Shown here in pieces: positions 48,510-57,806 of a stretch of 64,000 nucleotides of DNA. Position numbers and translations under genes: made by a program. How positions within the stretch are numbered: position 1 is the first letter of the stretch; each line of letters begins with the position of its first letter. The stretch is from assembly GCA_965112735.1 (NCBI GenBank), contig OZ218957.1, forward strand, positions 3,224,001-3,288,000, written 5' to 3'. The DNA is from Phaeosaccion multiseriatum. Taxonomy: Eukaryota; Protista; Ochrophyta, other classes. The notes below the pieces were generated by a model that was not told where the DNA came from, ran no database searches, and saw only the letters and a program-made list of their open reading frames with translations.

Positions 48510-50048
48510 TCAATACCTAAAATACGTCACCTCCAGTCCGTCGGGTAGAAGTGCAGGCAGCGGGCATGTCCTGTGAACCTTGAGCTTCTTCAGCCCAGCA
48601 GGCAGACCCTCCACAGGAGGGAATTCGTGAGTACAGTCCAGCGTAAGCGTCTGCAGAGAGGCCGGGAGGTCCAGCGGGCAGCAGAAAGAGTGCCCCATCT
48701 TGAGCTCCTCCACACCACAAGGAACCACCAGAGGCCGATTGAATCGATGGCCAAAAGTGACCTTCTTCAGCGAGGAAGGAAGGACGATTGGCTTGTTGAA
48801 CCGTGAGTAAGGCACAAACTCCAACTCCTCCAGAGAGCTTGGCAAAACCACACCAGGCTGGTCGAAGTGCTCACCAAAACAGATCTTCTTGAGGGAGGAG
48901 GGGAGAGTGATTGGCATGTTGAACTCCGAGCTCTTATCATGGTATGTAAACCGCAACTCCTCCAGAGAGCACGGTAACACCAGATCAGCCTGATTGAACT
49001 TTTCGCCAAAAGCGATCTTCTTCAGCGAGGAGGGGAGCGCAATCGGCTTGTTGAATCTGGAGTTGGGTTGAAATGTGAGCTCCTCCAAAGCACTTGGTAG
49101 CACCAAGTCAGTCTGATTGAAGTGTTTTCCAAAGGTAACCTTCTTCAGCGAGGAAGGGAGCACGATTGGCTTGTCGAACTCCGACTGCAATAAAAACTCC
49201 AGCTCCTCCAGAGAGCTTGGTAACACCAAATCAGCCCGCTTAAACTTCTCTCCGAACGTGACCTTCTTGAGCGAGGAAGGGAGAACGATTGACTTGTCGA
49301 AACTCGAGAAGCATGGAAATTTCAACTCCTCCAGAGAGCTTGGCAACACTAAGTCAGTCTGGTTGAAGTATTTTCCAAAAGTGATCTTCTTCAGCGAGTC
49401 CGGGAGAGCGGTTGGGCCGCTAAACTTTGACCACGATGAAAAATCCAGCTCCTCCACTCCGTCAAGTATGGCAACAGGGCTGCATGGATAGACGTACTCA
49501 GAGAAACGCACACGCTTGACCGAGAGCGGCAACAGTGCCAACACTTTCGTAGCGAGAGCCCCATCAACACATTCCCCCCCTCCCCACCCCCTCTGGAGGC
49601 CGAGGCGCACCGCCGTGACGCGAAAGGAGCCCGCTGGATCCAGTTGCGTGGTTGTCCCCACCATCTCGGGCTGCCGCCACCCTTCCCCGACACCTCCTCC
49701 CTGGGTGGAGGCGGGAGGAGAAGAAGCGGCAGCAAGGCGTTGAATCTCCTCGCGCTGTTGCTGCTGCTGCCGCTTCAGCATACCCAGCATACGCGACTGG
49801 ACAGCATCGGGCATGTCGGCGTTGATCTCCAATACGCGGCAGGTTACCTGGTCGACCTCCTTGCACACGCCCCACAGAGCCTTGTTGCTCGGAATACGGC
49901 CGGCAACCAGTATCAATGCCGCCGGTCCGCTGCTGCGTAGACGGGTGCAGCCTCGCGGAAGAACCCCCCGCGCTCCCCCAGGCTTTTGACTCTCGCCCGT
50001 CACGCCCCCTCCCGCATTCGCGGCTCCGTTAAGCGTGCTGCCCTCCAT
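48510..50048 (-). CDS. Intronless FNIP-repeat protein (512 aa) with an F-box-like N-terminal motif
   Basis: About 12 FNIP units (LPSSLKKVTFG..FNQ / LPSSLEEL.F....F.KPIV). N-terminal 'AALILVAGRIPSNKALWGVCKEV'. Confidence 0.88.
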   Translation of the reverse strand: MEGSTLNGAANAGGGVTGESQKPGGARGVLPRGCTRLRSSGPAALILVAGRIPSNKALWGVCKEVDQVTCRVLEINADMPDAVQSRMLGMLKRQQQQQREEIQRLAAASSPPASTQGGGVGEGWRQPEMVGTTTQLDPAGSFRVTAVRLGLQRGWGGGECVDGALATKVLALLPLSVKRVRFSEYVYPCSPVAILDGVEELDFSSWSKFSGPTALPDSLKKITFGKYFNQTDLVLPSSLEELKFPCFSSFDKSIVLPSSLKKVTFGEKFKRADLVLPSSLEELEFLLQSEFDKPIVLPSSLKKVTFGKHFNQTDLVLPSALEELTFQPNSRFNKPIALPSSLKKIAFGEKFNQADLVLPCSLEELRFTYHDKSSEFNMPITLPSSLKKICFGEHFDQPGVVLPSSLEELEFVPYSRFNKPIVLPSSLKKVTFGHRFNRPLVVPCGVEELKMGHSFCCPLDLPASLQTLTLDCTHEFPPVEGLPAGLKKLKVHRTCPLPALLPDGLEVTYFRY

Positions 50049-50394
50049 TCTCCTTTCCCTCTTTCCTTCCTTCCAGTTTCACTACGCTTGGCTGTGGGTG
50101 GGAGGTGTATTTGAGTGAGAGAGAAAAGGTTGGAGAGTGTTTGAGGATCGAGAACAAACCGAGAAAGTTCTATGCGTGATCGGAAGTTGACGTGTTGGTG
50201 ATATATGTACCTACTCTTCAGATGGCATATTTTTTTTCTCTCGGGGGAACGCACATAGCACTAGACACAGAGTCACATGGACCCACAATCACACATTCAG
50301 CTTCTTAGGTGATTCCTATCAAGTTCTTTCTCTCTCTTCGTTTTCTTCCACTTCCCCCAACCCCCAGACTCTCTACCTACCAAACTCCCAAACC

Positions 50395-51767
50395 ATGGAG
50401 GACAGGCGAGCATCGCGGCAGTAGAGAAGGCCTTAAGCGGGCAGGGCAGCTACCTGGGGCTGAGCTTGGGAGCCGCAGCAGCAACAGCGGATTGTGAGAA
50501 GGTGGAAGTGAGGAAGGAGCTGCTTGCGCACCTCCAAGCCGCGAGGGAGAGGGAGTCCAAGCTATTGAACGAGAAGGCGAAAGAGAAGGCTCACGAGAGG
50601 GAGAGGGAGCTGCTCCTCCTCCGCCTCGAAGTACAGTCGTCAGAAGCCCCCAGAAACCGCAGCCTCGACCACTCCGATGGAGAAGTAGAGGAGGGGATGA
50701 AAGGGGGAGACAGAAGGGGAGGCACCAAACGAAAGCAGTGGGGCTCCAAAGGAGGCGCACGAGATGGCGGATGTCGCTCTCCTGATTCAGAAGCTCGTGC
50801 ACCCTCTAGCCGAGCTTCCCTTCCTGGCAGGGGCGGCTGTGCAAAGGCCTTTGGTGTGAAGGAGCTTTATGGAATGGTGATGGAGCTCGTGGGGCAGGGG
50901 GAGTACGCCTTCGTCGCGACGGTGTGCAAGGCGTGGAGGGGCTACTACATCGTTGCGCACCCAGCTAAGACAAGTCAGGCGAGTGTAGTGGCGTCCGTGG
51001 AGCGCTTGTACTGGGCCAGGAGGCACGGCTACGAGCTTACAGTCGAAACATTCATGGCCGCTGCTCTGCATGGAGATGTGGACGTGTGCAAGGCCCTCCA
51101 TCACATGGGCTGTCCCTGGGATGAGGGGGCGTGTACCGCTGCAGTGAGGAACGAGCACCACAGTCGGAGTGTGCTCAAGTGGCTCCGGTCACAGGTCCTG
51201 CCAGACAAGCAGAGGTGCCCGTGGGATGAAAGTGTGTGTGAGGAAGCAGCTCTGCAGGGGCAGCTGGAGTTGGTGGAATGGCTGCTCGGAGACGAGATGA
51301 ACGCGCCATTTCATCATGGGCTTTTGCAAGGATCTATTGAATCGGGGCGTATTCCTGTGGTGGAATGGGTGCTCCATCATCCCAAGGTCAGGGCTGAGAT
51401 GGAGGCGGAACAAGAGGCGGAACAAGAGGGGGATTATGACGGCTGGAGAGCGTGCGCGGGGTGGGCGGCCGGGGAATGTGGTACTCTGGAGGTGCTGCAG
51501 TGGCTGCACGCCAACGCACGGGAGCTGTTCAGGTGGGATGAACAAGTCTGTGAGTGGGCAACTGGTCACGAAAAGGGCCTGTCTGTGCTCAAATGGCTCC
51601 GCTCGGAGGAGATCATGTGTCCCTGGGACAGCAGTTGTTGCCCACAGTTCCGGTCAGGTATGGCTTGGCAATCGTGGGAGGACTGGGCTGATGCTTCCTT
51701 TAAGGAGATGAAGCAGTGGATACATGCTAACGGACACCCCTGCGACTGCCCAGAAGAACAAGACTGA
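50395..51767 (+). CDS. Intronless ankyrin-like ('GCPWDE' repeat) protein with an F-box-like motif; start uncertain
   Basis: Repeats of AAxxGxxxVLxWL...CPWDxxxC, and 'ELYGMVMELVGQGEYAFVATVCKAWRGYY'. The best-context ATG (50395) is 1 nt out of frame with the long ORF; the first in-frame ATG is at 50697. Confidence 0.8.
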
Positions 51768-52746
51768 CCTCGGAATGGGGCTTGAGCTGACCCAGTTAGG
51801 GCCGAGTTACCACTTGGTGTTACTGAAGAGACATCGTAGTCGAAGATGAGAATCTCGGGGGGGGGGGATGATGTCCACCCACCCCCCTCCTACTTCGGTT
51901 CTCACCTTTAATTGTGCAGTCAGTCCACCTTCCGAGGCTCTTCGAGTGGAGTCCTTGGGTCAAGAGCCGGCGAGTGTATTTATCGACTTACAGAGGCGGC
52001 GAGGGTTTTTGGTGCCCTTGAGAGGCTGCACAGAACAAAACTAACTTTACGTGAGAGTGGTAACAAAGACCAAAGTCCTTCTCACAGGTTGACAACGCTC
52101 CTGGTCGTTCGACAGTTTCGGACGTGTCATTGCTTTGAGAGAGTCCCACCAAACAACAATGAGAGAATCTTCCAAATAAGGCAATACATTGGATGAAAGG
52201 GGAAGTTAGGGGGGTGTTTTCGGGATGTAGCAAGGGTTGTACCTCTAGCACTGTCAAAGCCACCGCCACGACTTGCAGAGCCGCAGCCAAGCACGCACGG
52301 GGGGAAATCTCCCCTCCTCCCTCCCCCTGTGTTCGTGTCCTTGTCGCAGGGCATCAGCCGTCCAGAGAGCAGCGGCACTTTGAGATTGGAAGTAGGAAGA
52401 GTTAATTAAGAATCGGGTGCCCATACTTTGTGATCGCAGCATTTAGGAAGGACTGAAGCTATGACAGTACCACATCCACCTGGTGATGCTCTACTCCAGT
52501 AGAGAAGCTCGACGGCACAGCAGTTGCTGTATCAGCAATTAGCGTTGAGGACGGAGCCTAAAGGAGAGAAGAAACAAGTATTCCAAGGAGCGCAGCAGAC
52601 GAGCAATGAGCTGCGAAAAGAGCTTCCCGACGGAGGCGATTATATCTGCAACGAAGGAGCTGCGAAGACGAGGGCGAAGAAGCGGGGAACAGGGTCATTC
52701 TTGCAGCAGCAGTGGCCGTGGCAGATGCAAGAAGCGGTGGCTGGGT

Positions 52747-54045
52747 ATGACTTCCGCTAGTGGCCTGCTCCCGCTACTTCTGAGTGCCGCGCTGCTGTCC
52801 CCGGGAGGGGTGCGGGCATACGAGAGCGCCACTTCGGAGTTCGCGACTTTGGTGGTGGGCCAACACAACGAATACCGATCCCTGCATTGCGTCGATGACG
52901 TTGCATGGTGAGATGCTAGACCCTTTCTTTTGTGATAAGAGAGGCACGAGGGATGGAGGGACGGGTTGAAGGAAGGAAGGAGGGAGGGATGGGAGAGGGG
53001 GGAGGGAAGAAGACAAGAAGAGGGCGAGAGTGAAGAGGAGCAACCTTCAAGTACACCCTTGACTCTCTTCCTCGGGGACGAGAGCATAGTTTCATCCCTA
53101 CCTGTACATGACTTCTCAGCGTGTCCGCATCAATCACCCTCTCGTGGCGCGCAAGGCGCTGCCATGTCTTCTTCTCTCTGTACAGACTCTCGAGGCTATA
53201 AACACCCCCACTGTCCTACATCCTACCTCGAGGCTGTAACACCGCCACTGCCCTCCTCCGTCCTACCCACCAATGTCTTTGTCCAACCCCCGCCAATGAG
53301 AAGGGCCGACACACTTGCAGAGTTCGCAGAGGAATACGTGTTGACTTTGTGCGAAGACGACGCAGGCCTTACCCACAGCTACGGGAGCTATGGAGAGAAT
53401 CTGGTGAGTGTGTGAGTGAGTGAGTGAGTGCGTGCGTGAATTAGTGAGTGAGTGAGAGAGTGAGAGAGTGAGAGAGTGAGTGGGTGAGCGAGTGAGTGAG
53501 TAAGGGGGTGAGTGAGTGAGTGAGTGAGTGAGTGAGCGAGTGGGTGAGTGAGTGAGTGAGTGAGTGGGTGAGTGGGTGAGTGAGTGATTGAGTGTGTGAA
53601 TTCGTGACCCTAGTAAGTGAGTGGGCGAGAGTGAGTGATTGAGTGAGTGAGTGAGTGATTGAGAGTGAGTGAGTAAGTGAGTGAGCGAGTGAGCGAGTGG
53701 GTACAACACTGAAATGCTGCCAATCCGCAAGATCGACTCTTCTGTCCCCAGGGGGGGGCCTTCGATCTTGCAGAGACCTCTGAGTTATCTCCAACTCCTC
53801 CATCGACGGTCGGGCTATTTTTCTTCTTTGCCTTTCTTACTACTTCTCCCTCTCTCCCTCCCTCCTTCCCTCCCTCACTCCCCCCCTCCCTCCCTCCCTC
53901 CCTCCCTCCCTCCCTCCGTCCCTCCCTCCCTCCCTCCCTCCCTCCCTCCCTCCTGCTGTCGCGCAGGCTTGGTATAGCACGGGATGGTCCTTTGTGGACG
54001 GCTTTGACGATACGGAGGGGGGGGTTGCGTCCACCCAAGCCTGGT

Positions 54046-54084
<39 letters not shown>

Positions 54085-55050
54085 GTGTGCGTGTGTGTGT
54101 GTGACCCCGAAATGTCGACCGGGAAGGCTGCGCCACCAGCTCCCCTTCCCCCTTCTTTCCTCCTGCGAGAGTACGACCCACCCTCCCCGCCCACCAACCA
54201 ACCGAACCTTTCGCTCCGTGTGCCCCTCCCCCCCCAAAAGGTACGACGAGGTTTCCGACTGCCCTGCGGAGGGCAATGATTGGAACGGGTGTCACATTTA
54301 CGACCCGAACGTTACCGGTACAGTGGGGCACTTCACACAACGTACGTGCGTACGGCGAGGCAGATGGGCAGGCATATAGGCAAGGCATAAGGGCAGGCGT
54401 ATGGGCAGGCGTATGGGCAGGCGTATGTGCAGGCGTATGGGCAGGCATATGGGCAAGGTATAAGGGCAGGCGTATGGGCAGGCAGATGGGCAGGCATATG
54501 GCGAGGCATATTGGGACAGGGCATATGGGCAGGCAGGCATAGGGGCAGGCATAGGGGCAAGGTATAAGGGCAGGCGTATGGCGACGCATATGGGCAGGCA
54601 TATGGGCAGGAAGCTACCCAAAGGAATGCAGGCTGTGGAACATATGCTGCCTACCGCCGTGTATGCCTGCGTGCCTATACACATACATGTGTCCTGCCTC
54701 GCTGGGGAGGCCTTGGATACATGCTGCTATTGGAGGGAACTCTCTCTGTCCTATCCCTCATACCGCCCCCTCTCTCCCCTCTCTTCCCTCTCTTCCCTCC
54801 CTCTGCCCCTCTGCATCGACTCGCTTCTTCGCCTGCCCCCCATTCTTTGACTTCCGCTGCCCTGCCCCTGTTCGCCAGTGGTGTGGGCCTCCACTCAGCT
54901 CATCGGCTGCCATGCTTGCTACGGGAGCTCCACGGGGGGCATGTATGTTTCATGTAAGTGTGTGTGTGTGTGTGTGTTTGGATGTGTGGATGTGTGTGTG
55001 CGTGCGTGTGTGTGGGGGGGGGCGATCGAGATCTCTCGGGCATGCTCCTG

Positions 55051-55082
<32 letters not shown>

Positions 55083-57385
55083 CCAGTCCCATGTCCCTCT
55101 CCCTAACCCTGGCCTCTACATGCCCTCTCTCTCTCGCCATCAGGCAACTACTGGCCGGCTGGCAACTACCTCAGTCAGTTCGAGAACAACGTGTATGAGC
55201 CCTTGTGTCCTCCAACGCCCGCACCCACCCGCGCCCCGACTCCTCTGCCCACCGCCGCCCCCACTGCGCCTCCCACCCCTGCTCCGACGATGCAGCCGAC
55301 CTCGGCACCCACGTTGCAGCCCACGACGGCGCCTACAGGTGAGACAGGAGATGGCAGTGGATGCTCGGAGTCAATGAGGGTAGTCGTCAGCTTCATCAGC
55401 GTCAGTAGTCCCCCCCGACCCCTCTTTCCTAACTCCCTTCCTCTCCCCCCGTCCCTCCCTCCCTCCCTCTCTCCCTCCCTCCTTCCCTCCCTCCCTCCCT
55501 CCCTCCCTCCCTCCCTCCCTCCCTCCCTCCCTCCCTCCCTCCCTCCCTCCCTCCACCCACCCACTCCTTCTCTGCAACAAAAAAACCGAAAGCTGCTCCG
55601 ACCATGGCGCCAACGATCGAAGGAGCAACACGTCATCCCACCTCCGCCCCGACACCCGCTCCTGCCCCCCTCATCCTCGCCGGCAACCCTGTGGACGAAG
55701 CCGACTTTACCACGACCGCTGTGCTCCTCTCCCTCGCGACCAACATCACAGTCAAGTACGACTCTATCGCCGAATCAGAAGCTACCACCATTGGCACCAC
55801 CCTCTTTGGCGCCTCGCTACACCTCGCCACGCGTGAGACCGCCCTCGTTCTTCTCAACAGCACCACGGCTCGAGAGGAGCCTGCCTCTCTCTCCATGAGC
55901 ATGACTGCCCTGGAGGTGAGGGCTCTTCCGGACCCGTCGGGGAGAAAGAAACAGTTCGAGGTGGCCTACACGCAGCGTCTTGAGTTTGACCTTGGCGTGC
56001 TGGTGGATATCATGGCCAACTATCGGGCCTCTTCTTCTCCTCCTCCTTCTTCTACACTGGAGGATGGTGAGGGTGAGGGTGAGGGTGAGGAGGAGGAGGA
56101 CGACAAGGCCGTGCTGCTACAGGGCTCCAAGGGCAAGGGAAGGAGCTTGAGGAGGATGGCGACGGCGGAGGAGGAGAGAGAGGAAGAGAAAAGCGAATTG
56201 TCTGAGCGTGTACAGGTCATACAAGTCACCCTAACCTCCAGCACCACCACCACCAGCAGCAGCAGCAGCAGCAGCAGCAGGAGCAGACGTCTAGCGGACA
56301 GTGCGAGTGGCGAAGTGTCAGCTGAGGAGGCGGAGATCTTACTGGCCTTAGACTCGCTGCTGCTCGACGAAGAAGCCCACCAAGACGCCCTGAACGATGC
56401 CGTGTTGGAGACGCTGCAGGGAGACTTCCCCTCGGAGGGAGTTATCAAAGTCATCACGGGCGGGCTGAGCAAGAGCGAAGATGATGGAGAGGACAACAAC
56501 AACAACAACAACAACAATATCGACAGCGAAGGCGAAGGAAGCGGAAGTGGAACTGGAGTCTTTTCGGTGGGCCTGGAGCCCCCTGCGACGCCCGCCCCTG
56601 CCCTCATGGCGGCGCCTGGTGCTCCTCCGACACTCGCGCCTCAAGCGGCGGCGCCGGAGGACGGGGTGCTGCAGAGCTCAGCGGGCGAGGGGTCGGTTCC
56701 GATGGGTGTGGTGGCCGGGGCGACAGTCGCCTGCATACTTGTGTTTTGCTTCCTTGCCATGTGTGTGTGCGGTGGCGTGCGCAAGAAGCACCGGGAGAAT
56801 ATGAGTTTGCGCGAGCAGGCCATTTATGACATGCAGGAGAGCATGGCGGGCTTTGCTCGCAGCGCACGAGGGAGTGTCGTGGGGTTCGTGGGAGGGAGGC
56901 GTCGAAGCAGCAGCAGCAGCAGCAGTAGTACGGGTGGGGGTGGGGGTAGTCGCTTCTCTGTCTACGCGAGGAGACAGAGCGCTGCCAGTGAGACTTCTCA
57001 AGGAGGAGGAGGAGGAGGAGGAGGAGGAGGAGAAGGGGGGGTGCAGAAGGACAGCTTCTCTTCTGAAACTGTCGCTGCCGGCGAGAGTCGACGGGGCAGT
57101 GCGGAGAAGGAGGAGGGGGAAGGGGGAAGAGCAGGAGGAGGAGGAGGAGGAGGGAGGAGTAAGGGATTCCGCGGTCACGTGGACGGTGCTTTGCGCTCGG
57201 CAACAGAGAGCGCTGGAGACGGCAGCGGAGGGCAGGGAGACGGGCGGGCAGAGGGAGAGGGAGAGGCAGGCCTCACGCACACACACACACGGCAGCAGGA
57301 GCAGCAGGAAGGGGGAGAGGGAGGGATGGGGGCCAGGAGGGGATCGGGCTTGTTTGCGTTTCGGAATCCTTTCTTCGGGCATTAG
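52747..57385 (+). CDS. CAP/SCP (PR-1-like) domain type-I membrane protein with a Pro/Thr-rich stalk
   Basis: Signal peptide. Spliced exons give HNEYRSLH, HSYGSYGENLAW, WYDEV, GHFTQLVWASTQLIGC and CNYWPAGNY, then TPAPT repeats, a TM helix VVAGATVACILVFCFLAMCVC-RKK and a cytoplasmic tail. Confidence 0.9.
54350..54612 (+). repeat. Intronic ~12-bp minisatellite (GGCRTATGGGCA)n
   Basis: About 20 degenerate units are directly visible in CAP gene intron 4. Confidence 0.9.
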
Positions 57386-57806
57386 AGAGCGAAGCGCCAG
57401 GGTAGAGGGGGGGAAGGGTAAGTGGGGATGAAAGGAGGAGTGGAGGGGCAAGCAAGGGAGGATGAAGTTGAAATTGAAGTTGTGGCCATCTTCTGCGGCC
57501 GGGTGTGGGCTTTGATTGTGTTGTAGGCCCGAGTCGACCAAAAAATTCCATCCGCTACCAGCCCTTCCCTTCCTTTCTTCCATCCGTGAGGGACGAGGCC
57601 TGCCTGCTGCTTGCGGAATGCATACAAATCCACCGCCATTTGTGATGTGTAAGCTAGTACCCAGTTTGAAGCAATTCTAGTAACCCGACTTGGAAACACA
57701 CTGTAAGATGACCTAATTCCATAAAAACGAATATGATCAATGTACCCCGTGCGTCTGGAACCACAGGCACCCTTTGAAGCAAACTTACATGCAATTTGAG
57801 TTTGAA

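Noticed and set aside
55050-55110. Telomere-like (ACCCTC)n and CCCTAACCCT
   Set aside because: Only one canonical unit, within an intron full of simple repeats; not enough to call an interstitial telomere.
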